Assembly: GCA_964016885.1 (NCBI GenBank)
Contig: OZ024745.1
Coordinates: 20,212,001-20,276,000 of the forward strand
Length of the DNA stretch: 64,000 nt
Reading direction: 5' to 3'
DNA from: Eledone cirrhosa
Lineage: Eukaryota
The position numbers were made by a program, and so were the translations under genes. Shown piece by piece: positions 41,312-55,855 of the stretch (the first letter of the stretch is position 1; every line of letters starts with the position of its first letter). Below the pieces are notes generated by a model that saw only the letters and a program-made list of their open reading frames with translations, searched no databases and was not told the origin of the DNA.

Positions 41312-43754
41312 CTGAAATATATGTTTTAATGTTTAATCGTTATATTATTGAAACTAACATTTACACAATTAATCGTGATATCGAAGGAGAAAAATCCAGA
41401 TAGAATCAGTGATATTGCTTCCAAAGAATAGGAGGAAAAAGTACACCAAAGGAATAGACTTATTCTAACGTTTATATGTACATATTGACCCGTAACTTCT
41501 GGTGGGGTCATTGAGGTACCGTCGTGATATATACCCTTCTGGGGATTTAAAACCTGGCACGACATATCCCCTCTCTAGGTCTGAACAGGGGATTTCTTCC
41601 AAAGGGAAATAGTTAGAGAGAGAAAGTGATCTATTGATGAGTTCCACATATTGGTTTCTGATTTAAGCACAAGGCCAACAATTTTTGGGGATGGTAAATT
41701 CGATTAAATCGACCCCAGTGCATTACCGGTACTTTGTTTTATCAACCCTGTAAAGATGAAAGACAAAGCTAATCTCAGCGGGATTTGAACTCAGATCGTA
41801 AAGGTGATGAGTTAAACACGATATCGAATGAGAAAAATCCCGGTAGACTGCAGTGGTGTTGCTTACAAAGTCTTGGAGGAAAATGAATGCCAAAATATTA
41901 AAATATAAAGAAATTTGCATCTACTATATATGTATATGTTTCTAGACTCTACATACATATGCATATATTAGTAGATGTAAATTCTTTTATGTAGCGGCAC
42001 CGCCACCAAAACTTCAAAGACAGATTTATAAAACATACATGCATATTTGTTGGCACATGAAGAAAACCCATTTGTCTTCTGGGTAAACAAATTGCCTTTC
42101 TTCTCAATCCAATACAGTAAATATGTTGCGGTCAGCTGACTTCCATACTGCAAAACATTCCATCTTATACATAAGACTTTATATTCTCCACAGATGTACA
42201 TAAGACTTTATATTCTCCACAGATGTACATAACACGTTAGCTAAAGATCTACTCACCGCAAGTTATATTTTTTCCATCAAAATGCCAATTATATTTCGTC
42301 ACGTAACCTTTGTTTAACAACCAAGATTTGCATATCATTCTGTCAGCTTTCCTATAACAATAGTCATGATGCTGACAGCATCTGGAATTAGGAATCAATA
42401 AAATAACAATAATAATAATAATAACAATAATGATTTCTACTATAGGCACAAGGCCAGCAATTGTTGGGGCGGGGAAAGTCAATTAAATCGACTCCAGTGC
42501 ATTACTGGTGCTTTATTTATCGACCCCGTAAGGATGAACGGCAAAGCTAACCTCGGCGGTATTTGAATCCAGAACGTAAAGGGCCATAACTCTATACTGC
42601 AATGCAAGGTGTCTGACGCTCTACCGATACTGCCAATCTATTAATAATAATTCTTTTTTTATTGGCCACAAGGGCCTACATATAAGGGACAATGCAAAAA
42701 GACAGGGACAGTGGGCGGAGGGGGGTGTTATAAAACATCGAGTAAAACATTAAATATAACAATAAGAATAAAAATACAAATAACAGAATTCCCCAATAGA
42801 GGGGGGGGGGGCAGTACCATTCAAATATTCAAATATCTTTTTATCCCTCCTCCTACCTTTTTCTACAGGTGATATATTTGTTTTGTAAGGTTTTTGATAT
42901 GAAGGCGTGTGTTGAAACAGATATTGTTATATTTGGGGAGGGTCATGTTGTCTTGATATTGCCAAAAAATAGTAAAATACACCCACTGTTTGGTTTGGTG
43001 TTCGCTTCAGTATATTTCTATACATTTCTATAAATAATTTAGCTGACAATCAATGGTTATCAATGAAGAACTCAACGTGAGGAAACACAGCGATAATCAT
43101 CACTGAAGATGTCACAGATATATGTGACGAAAGCCCTTTGAGAAACTATATTCATATTTGTATTTTTAACTGTTGGTCAATCAATGATAAATATTGATTG
43201 TCAACTAAATTATTTATAGAAATGTATAAATATACTGAAGTGAAAACCAAACTAAACAGTGAGTGTATTTTACTATTTTTTGGCAATATTAGGATAACAT
43301 GACTCTCCCCAAAATATAACAACTTTCTATACTTATTTTCTCAATTTGCTTGTTTTACCTGTCAACCTTTGTAACTGAAGGCGCGTGGCATAGTGGTTAG
43401 AGTGTGGGTCCCACGATTGTAAAGTCAGGAGTTCGATTAACAGGCTGGCCTTCATGTTGTCCTTGAGCAATACATTTTATTTCCCTTTGCTCCAAACCAC
43501 CCAACTGACAAAAAATGATTTGTACCTGTAGTCCAAGGGGCCTTTCTTGCCATACATTGTACTATGCTGAATCTTCCTGAGAATTACGTTAATTGTGGAC
43601 GAACAGACAGTTGTGTTGAATGAACCAACTGGTGCACTTGTCGGAAATGATGGTGGTTTAACACAATAACCTTTAATATGGAGTGATAATTATTTAGTTT
43701 TATGATCTTCTCAGTCGCTAAACCTTCAACCCTCCTCTGTGTCTGTGTGTGTGC

Positions 43755-43789
<35 letters not shown>

Positions 43790-46317
43790 TCTATCATCAT
43801 AATCTATAAAGCTCAGTGTGTGGTCATGCTCCTTCGTTATAGAAATCTACGATATAGAATTTCTTCAATTGAAATTTACAATTCAGTATTCGAAATAGTT
43901 TCGATTGCGTCTTGACGCAGATATTTTTTTCAATTTTACCCACAATTACGCAAAAAATAGATAAAACTCAATATTTTACGATTTTTCTCTCTCATTTAAA
44001 CTGCTGAATTCTTTCTACTACCATTCAAAATCTATACAACTTCATACTTTCTGCTACTTTCTCTTTCCAAGCTTGATGGTGATACTGTCCGTTCACACCA
44101 CTCCCTACTGTCTTAAATTTAGAAAACACATATCTTCTATGAGGTTACTAAACCTGCTAGAAACAGCAGCTAACTCTCCCCCATATCACACCCCTCCCCA
44201 CACCACTCCCTACTGTCTTAAATTTAGAAAACACATATCCTCTATGAGGTTACTAAACCTGCTAGAAACAGCAGCTAACGCTCCCCCATATCACACCCCT
44301 CTCTACTGTCTTAAATTTAGAAAACATATCTTCTATGAGGTCACTAAACCTGCTAGAAACAACAGCTAACTCTCCCTTATATCACAACCCTCCCTACTGT
44401 CTTAAATTTAGAAAACACACAGACAACCATGCAGAACAACTCCATCACAGCTCTGTTGTTCGGCTGGCATCGTCTACGCGCGTGTTGCGCAAGTACTGTG
44501 AAACAATAAATTTCAACACTTTTTTGCACAGAGATAATATCCATAGGCGAAACTACAATTGTCACTGCTGGCGCAGCTCATGCTTCCAGGTCTGCAATTC
44601 ATTCACCCAGTGCCTGGCAGACAAAAAAGTGCTGCCATAAAATGGGAGGTGCAACCTAACTTTGGTAACTTAATGACCCCGAGCAACGCCGGGCTTTAAT
44701 GCTAGTCTATCTATATATCCATTCGTGTGTGTGTATTTATGCGTGTATGTGTGTATGCGTGTGAAAAGTACGCTGATTAATCCCTCATTAGTAGAATGAC
44801 TTACTGATCAATCCCGTCAACAGGTTTACCCGAACCACCAAATCCACACCATCCTCCGTAAGCGTTAAAATCTAATGCATTTCTCCCTGTAAGAAATTCG
44901 ATCATCGAACCAAAATGTGAAAGACTTCTTTTCCGAACCGTATGTGTACCTGGACAGGTGAGAAATTTGAAATAGATAAGACAAACAGATAACAAAAGAT
45001 ATTTTGTAAAACAGACTAATTATTTAATTCTAGATTAATAAAGAAGTTTCAGTCAAGTGCTGGAGTCGATTCTTCCACCATATCTTTCACTTCTGTACTT
45101 TCACTTTCTATTCTTCTCTAGAAGATATTTCTCTATTTAGACCTGTGTGTGTGTGACAGCTCACACCTATGCAGGTGTAGCTGGCCTCCTCCAAGGTATA
45201 TCTCGTTGGAGGTGTCTTGGGTGATTTAATGATAGGGACTTCAGTCCTATCATCTCATTTCTACAGCTGAGTAAACTGGAGCAATGTGAAATAAAGTGTC
45301 TTGCTCAAGGAAACAACACATCACCCGGTCCGAGAATTGAACTCACAACCTTTCGATTGCAAGCCTAATGCTCTAACCACTATTTAGACCTGGAGGGGAG
45401 ATGGGCTCCACCAGGTTAGAAAAGCCGTATATCGATACGACACTCCTACGACTCTCCCGGGAGTTATGGGACCATGCAGAGAGACATTGGATATTTATAG
45501 ATTCTAGATGATTCCACAATACATAGGCTGAAGTCGTAAAATCTTAACATTCCATATAGATTACAATATCTTCCTCATTGGATTTCTGAGTATATTATAG
45601 AGTTTGTTCATTCTTATTCGCAGTCAAGAACAATTAATATTTATCATAGATTACAATATTCTATGGTAAAAAACAAAATTGGATACTATACACGACTCAA
45701 AATACATCAGCTATTGTTTAAAAAAAATTGGTATTTTAAATAAAGGAGGTTTGGGGTGTTGGGGTGGGGAGAGCACTATCTTCGGTAGGGATCTTGCCAA
45801 TTACAATTCCGTATTAAGGATGTTCATCTTCCACTGCTTTCTACTTGGCGTCTGTCTTTTACCGGTGACTCCACGAAATGTTTGTTAGTGGCATTGCTCC
45901 ATATCCAGGGCAATGATACTTGCAAGTTGGCTAAACCAGGTTCGGAGTAGATTTCCAGCTCAGTCATCTGTTAGTATAATAAAGTTCAGCTCAAGATAGG
46001 GCTTGGACTTCATAGAACTACAAACAGACAAAGGATCTTTCGTTGCGGTTCTAGGTGTGTCTCGTACGTCTTCGGAATGAAACACCACTACTTCCGTAGT
46101 TTCCTCGCTAGTGAGGGCACACGGACGGTGCTATGAAACCTGGAGCACTGGCCATTCTTATGTTATTCATGCAGCTGTATCTTCCATTTTAAAGAAGTGA
46201 TGCTAGTATTTTCAAAAAGACGAGTAAGAAGGAGATATTCTAAATAAATTATGGTTACTTACCCGCGGCAAAAATGGCGAGACTCACTAGCACGAGACAA
46301 CGCAGTAGTCTCATCAT
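41175..46317 (-). CDS. Secreted phospholipase A2 (group I/II/V/X-type fold), 4 coding exons, 153 aa with the proximal last exon
   Basis: Exons 46263-46317, 44805-44949, 42257-42381 and 41175-41311 join in frame: MMRLLRCLVLVSLAIFAAG-THTVRKR-SLSHFGSMI...[28 protein letters not shown]...ITCEDTRPCEQATCLCDRQGAMCF...KNIVG*. Ca-binding loop, H48/D49, Y52 and D99 are present. Confidence 0.93.
42257..42381 (-). CDS. PLA2 exon 3 (catalytic CCQHHDYCY)
   Basis: ttccag acceptor, gtgagt donor; matches the sPLA2 His active-site signature CCxxHDxCY. Confidence 0.93.
43095..43145 (+). ncRNA. Hammerhead-like core at the centre of inverted repeat 42922-43322
   Basis: CTGAAGA-tgtcaca gata tatgtgac-GAAA. Stems I and III are not clearly formed. 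Confidence 0.45.
43803..44705 (+). mobile_element. Non-autonomous Helitron in PLA2 intron 2, 5' end uncertain
   Basis: Same 3' hairpin and CTAG|T as at 51030-51061. Internal tandem repeat of about 90-105 bp at 44090-44420. Confidence 0.65.
44805..44949 (-). CDS. PLA2 exon 2 (propeptide RKR, mature N-terminus, Ca-binding loop WCGFGG)
   Basis: gtccag acceptor, gtaagt donor; within ORF 44801-44995. Confidence 0.93.
46263..46317 (-). CDS. PLA2 coding exon 1, signal peptide MMRLLRCLVLVSLAIFAA
   Basis: aaaATG start, basic then hydrophobic signal peptide, GTAAGT donor phase 1. A tttcag acceptor 24 nt upstream suggests an earlier non-coding exon. Confidence 0.82.
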
Positions 46318-46629
46318 TTTGTTTTGATGTTTCAACGAACTCTGAAACCATAGTTCATGAAAAAATGATTATACAACTTTATATAAAAATCATTGAATAT
46401 TAGATTTAAAGGTAATTAAATGTGAATAGGTAATTTTTTACATTTATTCCTTTCCCAGAAACGTTAGAAGAGGAAAATAGTTCTATTAGAAATAAAAACC
46501 GACATTGTCTATCGAGAACTCCCCACCACTTACCGTAGTTTACAATAAGACAAATACGATATATAATTAATCTTCTTTTCTTCTTCTTCACCCACTTATT
46601 CCTGAGAGGGTCGTAGGTGTAGAGTCCTC

Positions 46630-47000
46630 CAGCACCCCCTTCAGCAGGTCCTGTCAGAAACAACCGTCTCCAACTGATCCGGCTGGATCCCCAAGAACGA
46701 CCAGCCAAAACTCATGGTTGTTATCCAACCATCTTGCTTGGCGTGTATCTCTATGTCTCCTCCTGCCAGTTGGTTTTTCCCCGTAAAATCTGTCCAGCGA
46801 TTCATTCCTGAGACATTCTAACCACATCCCCATAGTATCGGAGCTGTGATCTCTCAATTCGGAGAAGTAGCGGCTCTACCTGGAGTGACTCTTTGATCTC
46901 CGAGCTACACACTCTGTCGAGTCACGTTACTCCAAAGACCCGTCGGAGCAATCCCATTTCGGCAGCTTGCATTCGCGATCGTATTCTTTCGGTCAATACC
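46630..47000 (-). mobile_element. Degraded RTE/BovB-like LINE 3' fragment
   Basis: Minus-strand remnants GEKPTGRRR...RWLD and WRRL at the ORF2 C-terminal position. Confidence 0.55.
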
Positions 47001-47300
47001 TAAGATCTTTGCAGCATAGAATTACGTCCCTTTATGGTCTGAGTTCAAATCCCGCCTAGGTTAACTTTGCCTTTCATCCTTACGGGTTCGATAAAATAAA
47101 GCACCAGTAATGTACTGGGATAATTGCTGACCTTGTGCCAAAAAGTAGAAACAATTATTATTATTATTACACTCTGCTTAGTACAATCCCTAAGTACATA
47201 CTGGGAACCACTCATCGAGTGGAGAGCTCCCATTGGTGAATCAACAACAACTTGATGTAACTTGACTAAACTATATATATATATATATATATATATATGC

Positions 47301-47358
<58 letters not shown>

Positions 47359-47489
47359 GATATTAAATAAATGGAAACTATAGTTTATATTTAATATCGT
47401 AAATATACTCCAAATACTTGTTGAGTGCTTTTATATCAGTTATAAATATTTACTAGTTGTAACCCAACAATTTAAATATAACTTTCCAT

Positions 47490-47574
<85 letters not shown>

Positions 47575-47607
47575 TAAAATAACAGATTAAAGTTATTTTA
47601 TTATTAT

Positions 47608-47653
<46 letters not shown>

Positions 47654-47686
47654 CTATATATATATAACTATATATATATATATATA

Positions 47687-47722
<36 letters not shown>

Positions 47723-47738
47723 TGTATATATATGTATG

Positions 47739-47797
<59 letters not shown>

Positions 47798-48012
47798 AGA
47801 AACACACAGATGCATGCAGACACACACATATACATGAATATATCCACATCCATCCTTGAGTTAATGGCGCCTCCGTGGTATTTTTTTCAGGGTTATAAGG
47901 GGCTTAGCTCTGTTTCTTGACCGTCGTATCACGTGATTGACTCCCCCTCCGCCTTTTGGGATTTTATCTCACATCTTCTAGACGTGCTCTCTGAAGCTAG
48001 TAAAATGAGGTA

Positions 48013-48100
48013 TCCTCTTGATAAGTCGGCAGACCTCACAAAAACTATATCTCTATGATGTAATGTTTTTGATTATGCCACGAAACTACGTAGTCGAGGA
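48013..48100 (+). ncRNA. Hammerhead variant with TTGATAA core; second copy at about 48605-48694
   Basis: tcctc-TTGATAA-gtcggca...tgccac-GAAA-ctacgta-GTC-gagga. Three stems present, core non-canonical. Confidence 0.5.
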
Positions 48101-48810
48101 ATCTAGAAGCAGTTTAGGTATGATACATCTTATTACTAATTATATCTAAATGTTTCTTCTCTCTTCATAATGTACCTTTAGCTCTGATACTGGTTCAGTC
48201 TAATCCATTCGGATTGGTTTGTCCCAGTTATTCATAGAGCAACATCGGTTAAGGTTGGCACCATTAACTCAAGGATGGATGTGGATATATTCATGTATAT
48301 GTGTGTGTCTGCATGCATCTGTGTGTTTCTCAATATATTGTTTCTAACTCCCCCTGGTCGAGTAATCCTTGAAGTGTAGTGACTGCTGGAAAGCTGCCAT
48401 TACTCATACTTCTTGCTCCCTTAACCACCTCTTCTGCGGCCTTGATATAGATACCCCTCCGCCTCCGTGGTATTTTTTTCAGGGTTATAAGGGGCTTAGC
48501 TCTGTTTCTTGACCGTCGTATCACGTGATTGACTCCCCCTCCGCCTTTTGGGATTCTATCTCACATCTTATAGACGTGCTCTCTGAAGCTAGTAAAATGA
48601 GGTATCCTCTTGATAAGTCGGCAGACCTCACAAAAACTCTATATCTCTATGATGTAATGTTTTTGATTATGCCACGAAACTACGTAGTCGAGGAATCTAG
48701 AAGCAGTTTAGGTATGATACATCTTATTACTAATTATATCTAAATGTTTCTTCTCTCTTCATAATATATATATATATATGCATATGTATATATATATGTA
48801 TATTTATATG

Positions 48811-48857
<47 letters not shown>

Positions 48858-49057
48858 CGAAGGAAATGTGGTAAGGAACCAGGTGGACCATAACGCACCA
48901 AAGTACTCAATACTTGAGGTAGTAGAGTGGGTAATAGGAACCAGTAAGACCCCGACAGCTGAGCTCAAGCCGTTTCGACGGCTAATTCTGGACATTATTA
49001 CAGTCCAGAATTAGCCGTCGAAACGGCTTGAGCTCAGCTGTCGGGGTCTTACTGGTT

Positions 49058-49104
<47 letters not shown>

Positions 49105-49122
49105 GTATATATATGTATGTGT

Positions 49123-49183
<61 letters not shown>

Positions 49184-50099
49184 ACAAAGGAGTGGTAAAA
49201 TACCAGGTGGACCATAACGCACTAGAGTACTCGGTACTTAGGGTAGTAGAGTTGGGTCCTGACTCTTTTCCTATATATATATATATGTATGTATGCATGT
49301 GTATATATATAAAACATGAGAAGAAAGAAGAATACTGCGTGGTTTGCACATGGGTTACATATGATAAAAATAGTCCTTCGTCAGTGATTTTCCAACCATC
49401 ATTGGTATTTCATCGCATTAAAAATCAGATACCTCAGGTTGGTGCGAGCAATAACTAAAAAAAGTTATTGGGACCAGAATTCGCGTAAGGCGAGGGGGGA
49501 CAAGTAAACAACATAGAAGGATAAAAGCAAACCGAAGATAGGAAAATAAACAAGCAACATGGTTGTCCGGTCAGCATAAACTGGGTGGATTTCATGAGCG
49601 AGAGAGGTACAGACCGTGTTGATGTGTGTGAGATGTGAGCAAGAAGAGACCCACACAAGCCAAACGGGAGGAAGTGAGAAGGGGAGAAACAGAGAGTGAG
49701 CGAGTGGAAGTGTGAGGAAGAGGTCAGTCGAGAGAAAGTGTAACTGACAGAGGGGGCGAAAGAAGGTGAGAGAAACAGAGAGAGCGGGGAAGCAGTAAGA
49801 GAGAAACAGACAAACGCAGCCGAGATAAATATATATAAAAAACATGATATATATATATACTATAAATTATGTTCATAGAATCATTTGATAAGATATATAC
49901 ACCATTTCCTCTCCCAATTAGCATAATCAACCACACAAAAAACCAATTAAACCAGGCTATAAGATTAAAAAGGCTCCCATAAAGAAATAATAGATAAATA
50001 AACGACAGTCATCTATTCGCGATCAACAGCTATAGAATATTTACCCAGCATTTCAATAGCACGTGGAAATCGATTAAATATATCGTCAACCATACACAA

Positions 50100-51061
50100 T
50101 CTATATATATAAAACTGTGGTTGTCTGTCTGTCTATCGATTTTTGGCACACATCTCCTCTTAGAATCTCTCACGGAATTGCACCGAAATTGCTATACTTG
50201 TACATTGAGCCCTAGCGAAGACATCGGAAAAAAAAAACATTTCAAATTGACCCACCCTATGTGACGAAATCGAATATAATGTATCCATTTTTGAGCGTAA
50301 GTGATCAGTTATTTCCCTTTGTTCTGTTTACATTGAGCGTCTTACGTAAAAAATTACGCTGGCTTTCTCAGCGTTTATTGACCTGCAAAATTCATCAGTT
50401 CGAACACTAAGCTTCCGTTTTGCTTCATTTCCATTTAAAAGCATTTTAAAACAATATTTTTACTTGAAAACAAGTCTATTTAAAGACTACGTAAAACAAG
50501 CAAATATTTCGTCGTTAGGCGTGCAGACAGACAGTCGTGCAGACAGACAGTCGTGCAGACAGACAGTCGTGCAGACAGACAGTCGTGCAGACAGACAGTC
50601 GTGCAGACAGACAGTCGTGCAGACAGACAGTCGTGCAGACAGACAGTCGTGCAGAGAGGTGATATACGCGTGCAGACAGACAGTCGTGCAGAGAGGTGAT
50701 ATAGGCGTGCAGACAGACAGTCGTGCAGAGAGGTGATATAGGCGTGCAGACAGACATAACTGATAATTTGGTTACGCTAATGTTTTTCTCTGCGTTGCAG
50801 TGTTTACATTTTCGATCTTTGTTAATAAATAACCAGTGCAGTTTCTATCCCCAGCATCCTCTTTTGTTATAACATTCGGGTTATCGTTATGTTTTCTTAA
50901 CTTCATAAGGCATATTGTTGGTTGAGGGAATATTAATCAAAAACACCACATGCAAGTCTGCACAGTAGACACTACAGTTTTTAAGCCAAGAAAGAAACTT
51001 AACATTGTAACTTTAACACAGCTACTGAGCGACCCCGAGCAACGCCGGGCTTTACTGCTAG
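50100..51061 (+). mobile_element. Non-autonomous Helitron
   Basis: A|TCTATATATATAAAA 5' end, subterminal hairpin cccgagc-aac-gccggg and CTAG|T 3' end. Internal 16-bp minisatellite cgtgcagacagacagt at 50520-50756. Confidence 0.8.
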
Positions 51062-51119
51062 TTAGGTATAAAATCAAAGTTAGAAGAAAAAATGTATATA
51101 AACATACCAGGATTATATA

Positions 51120-51190
<71 letters not shown>

Positions 51191-51750
51191 TTATATTAAT
51201 AAATGGAAACTATATTTATAAAACCATATTTATTTCATTATACATATTTTAAGGACACCAAAGCAAATTATGGTGCGCTTTCATCAGATAAAATATAATA
51301 TAGATCAGTTTTCTAAACAAATATTGACATACCCTTAACAGAATGCGACCATGTCTGTTGGAAGCTCCCGGATAGTGGGGTTACTAATTTTATTATTGGT
51401 CTATTATGCAAATTAGTGTCGGAGAGGTTTAAATCCCATACATTTAAATTAAGCCGTTGATATATATATTCTTTCGTTCTTGTACTGGTTTCAGTTATTA
51501 AACTGCGGCCTGGTTGCCGTATCACCTACATGTAGTCGATCATATCGACGCTCCGACTAGGATGTGGGATTCTATGTTATATCATTGTGCATGCGTAACC
51601 GGAATCTCCAGATGGAAAGTCTAACTATTCTCCCCCCCCCCTCTCTCTCTCTTTATATTTATATATATAAATACGATGCAATTGGTTCACTTCCAACACA
51701 CGGTCACGCATCAAGTCACATGCCAACAAGCACAACTTCGATATATACAT

Positions 51751-51860
<110 letters not shown>

Positions 51861-53080
51861 CTGTGTGTGTCTGTGTGTGTGTGTGTGTATTTATGTATAT
51901 GCATACATACACACGTGCACATATATATAACATATATATAAATTATAAATGTGTGTGTAATAACTTTTATCAAAAGCTTTTCATATTTCTTTCATTCAGC
52001 CTTTATGTTTAACTTGGGACAAATATCTTCCCAATTCCACAATTCCAATGACGTTACAAACCTTGTCTGTTTCGTCATCAGAATGAGATGATGGTAATCA
52101 TGGTAATCATGTTACGTTGTTAACTTATTTTGCGACGTTTCCTAGGAATGCTGGTAAATTCACACCGGATTATATACCAGCTAAGTCCCAGTATATTTTA
52201 AATTAATTTATCTTGGGCTTCATACCTATGTTGATCTTTTTTTTTTTGCCTGTATAATGTTATTAGTAAAACCTCTATAGATACCACCTCAGGTTTTTTT
52301 TTGTGGGATTCGTTATAGAATTATAGTACTGTCAACTGGTGTTTTCTATCTAGTTTTCTATCATGTGTATGTAAATTAAATAGTTTTGGCTGGTTGATTT
52401 GTGATCATTTACAAAAGAGAGTAATATTCATATATATATAGATATATAGATATAAAGGATAACAAAATATCGTTATAGGTAATCCAGTCAGAGGTTGTGA
52501 ATACTTCTTATTATGGATATTTATTATTTATATAATACTTCTTATTATGGATATTTAAAATTGAGTGGCACTGCTTCTAGTGTTCAGTAATTTTTAGACA
52601 TCTTTATCAGTGAAACAATTGTTAGACTGTAAATAAATTCCCCTTTTTGTACTGTTGACCATGTTATTCTCCACCTTTTCAATTTTATATATATAGATAT
52701 ATATTTTTTTCTGTTTATATATATATATTTTTTCTGTTTATATAGATATATATTTATTTCTGTATATATATATATATATTTAGGTTCGTATTCTTCGCCA
52801 TAGCGAAAGAACTACACAAAATTGTGATGTCTCCATGAAATATTTATATAGAACTTTATGATTTTAAAATTTATATTGAAATATTATAAATTGTATAAAT
52901 TGCATTGGACGGTTTTCTGAAGAAGGTTTTGCGGTTTACTGGCGACGAGGAGGTTCCATTCTGGTGTTTATGTAATGTGAAGAATTAAACATATATTGGA
53001 CTTCTAAGGAAACATGAATAATTCTTTATAAGATAAAGATTAAATTGAAACATAATATAACAAGAATGAAACAAATGCTA

Positions 53081-53190
<110 letters not shown>

Positions 53191-53231
53191 ATAATAATAA
53201 TTCTTTGCTTAAACTTTAATCTGTTATTTTA

Positions 53232-53308
<77 letters not shown>

Positions 53309-53445
53309 CGTGTGCGTGCGTGTGCGTGTGTGTGTGTCTGTGTGTGTGTGTGTGTGTGTGTGTATGTAAAAGGTAAACAGAAATAACACAATCGGTACAG
53401 TATATGGATATATATATATAGAAAGAGAGAGAGATTTATATATAT

Positions 53446-53514
<69 letters not shown>

Positions 53515-53549
53515 CGATATTAATAAATGGAAACTATATTTATAAAACC

Positions 53550-53625
53550 ATATTTATTTCATTATACATATTTCAGGGATACCACATTAAATTATGGTAT
53601 GCCTTCATCAGATAAAATACAATAT
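53550..53625 (-). ncRNA. Hammerhead ribozyme, same family as 25664
   Basis: Minus strand tattttat-CTGATGA-aggcatacc...ggtatccct-GAAA-tatgtATA-atgaaata. A related degenerate copy (GAAA to AAAA) lies at about 51228-51300. Confidence 0.78.
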
Positions 53626-54421
53626 ATAACAGTTTTACAAATAGCTTTGACGTACCCTTTTAAAATACAACCATTACGTTATAATGTACGGCACTGTCGT
53701 TCAATATGTGGATAGAGTAACTGTAACACTAGAATCCCTCCCAGAACTTATTACTTAAACATCTCTCTCCATATTATTTACTCACTTCAATCTATATTTT
53801 TACTCAATCCGAATTATCACTTGAAAAAAATTTTTGAATTCAGAATTTTTGAATTTTTAATTGTTTAATTTATAATCTCTGATATTTGATTTAGGATTTT
53901 AACTTTTAATTTTTATTTTTATTTCCAACTCTCACTCTTAACTTACAATGTAAAACCATAGTACCTAGAATTAAGTTTATTTTCCTTTATGAGTTGATGG
54001 TCAGTCTTACTGTCAACGCTTAGTGAAAGGTAGAGGTTAACTTTGCCTTTCATCCTTACGGGGTCGATGAAATAAAGTACCAGTAATGTACTGGATAATT
54101 GCTGGCCTTGTGCCTAAAGTAGAAACAATTATGACCTATAAAAACTAACACCCTCCGATCCCCTCTGGCTTTCGGCTGACTGCCACAGTAGTGATGGGTA
54201 GCAGTAAACTTTGGCAGGGCATAGGTGGGCCACTGACAGCGAATTTCGTTGAAATCTGCGGTGCTAATGGTCAACTTCCTTCGGACATGCGCTTGCGCAG
54301 ACCGGTGGGGGTGAATTGGTACTCACAAAGGAACGGATGAAAAACCCAAAAGCACGAACTTCATCCGTTCCCATGTCGATTCAATTTGGATTGCTTCGGA
54401 AACAACCTTATTATGTAACAA

Positions 54422-54495
54422 GCTGTCTGATGATGACACGACACTCGCACACAGAACAGTGTGGCCAGTGTCGTCATTGAAATATATATCACAGC
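54422..54495 (+). ncRNA. Hammerhead ribozyme with extended stem II
   Basis: gctgt-CTGATGA-tgacacgacact...agtgtcgtcatt-GAAA-tatat-ATC-acagc. Confidence 0.78.
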
Positions 54496-54618
54496 ATTAT
54501 TATTAAAGGACTTGAACATCTGAAACTACTTCGCTTTTCCTTATTCGATATTTACTCCGTCACTCCTATGTGGAAAAAGTACGTTGAGTGCTTGAATTGA
54601 ATTGCATCAATATTTACC

Positions 54619-54695
<77 letters not shown>

Positions 54696-54803
54696 TCCAC
54701 ATACACAAACACAGTCACAAACATATACACATATACTCCATACACAGACAGTCACAAACATATACACACATAGTCACAATAAGTAAACATCGTTTATGCT
54801 CAC

Positions 54804-54880
54804 CTAAGTCCTCAAGCAATGAAATGTAATTTTAAAATGGCTGCTATGAAAAAAATGACTGCTTTCTTATATATATATAA
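54804..54880 (-). promoter_or_regulatory. Candidate TATA box plus short non-coding first exon of the PLA2 gene
   Basis: Minus-strand TATATAAG near 54866-54873, then about 45-60 nt, then a TAG|GTGAGC donor in unique sequence. Would splice to the acceptor at 46342. Inference only. Confidence 0.3.
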
Positions 54881-55052
54881 AACCTTTCCCCTTCATTGTC
54901 TTCTTCTTTTTAGCTGCTCGTCTTATAATAATCTTATGTTTGTTATTAAGGGTATTTTTTTTTCGTAGATGATAGTGATGTTGTTGTTGTTGATGATGAT
55001 AATGCTGATGATAATGCTGATGATGATGGTGATGGCGTAATGATGATAATGG

Positions 55053-55087
<35 letters not shown>

Positions 55088-55266
55088 GTGATGGTGGTGA
55101 TGGGAATAGTGTTTTTTCGTTGGTTAAATGTTATCATCACCGTCATCACCTCCCCCCATCACCTCCCCCCATCACCATTGAGATTAGTTTTGTCTATTGG
55201 GGCCTTTTTTGGTTGTTGTTGTTATGATTATTATTATTACTCTTATTATTATCATTATTATCATAA

Positions 55267-55458
55267 GGGCGGTGGATTGGCAGTATCGGTAGAGGGTCGA
55301 ACGCCATGTTTTCCAGCATAGTTACGTCCCTTTACGATCTGAGTTCAAATCCCGCCGAGGTTGACTTTGCCTTTCATCCTTACAGGGTCGATAAAATAAA
55401 GTACCAGTAATGAACTGGGTAATTGCTGGCCTTGTGCCTAAAGTAGAAACAATTATTA
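55267..55458 (+). mobile_element. Nin-domain SINE, full length
   Basis: Near-identical to 8895-9082; followed by an (AGT/AGC)n tail. Confidence 0.88.
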
Positions 55459-55459
55459 T

Positions 55460-55524
55460 CATTAGTAGTAGTAGTAGTAGTGGTAGTAGTAGTAGTAGTA
55501 GTGGTAGTAGTAGTAGTAGTAGTA

Positions 55525-55564
<40 letters not shown>

Positions 55565-55630
55565 TATTAGTGGTAGTAGTAGTATTAGTGGTAGTAGTAG
55601 TAGCAGCAGCAGTAGTAGTAGTAGTAAAAA

Positions 55631-55666
<36 letters not shown>

Positions 55667-55855
55667 TATTAGTGGTAGCAGTAGCAGCAGTTGTAGTAGT
55701 AGAAGCAGCAGCAGCAGCAGTAGTGGTAGTAGTAGTAGTAGCAGCAGCAGCAGCAGTAGTAGTAGTAGCAGCAGCAGCAGCAGTAGTGGTAGTAGTATTA
55801 GTAGTAGTAGTGGTAGTGGTAGTGGTAGTAGTAGTAGTAGTAGTAGTGGTAGTAT
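55460..55855. repeat. (AGT/AGC/GGT)n trinucleotide tract
   Basis: Seen directly. Confidence 0.95.

Noticed and set aside
41968-42201. ORF next to PLA2 exon 3 as the last PLA2 exon
   Set aside because: Candidate acceptors in the required phase 1 hit early stops and lack the CxCD motif. The exon at 41311 fits exactly.
43378-43450. tRNA gene
   Set aside because: A and B boxes are present, but the sequence continues into a SINE body and has no convincing cloverleaf; it is a SINE head.
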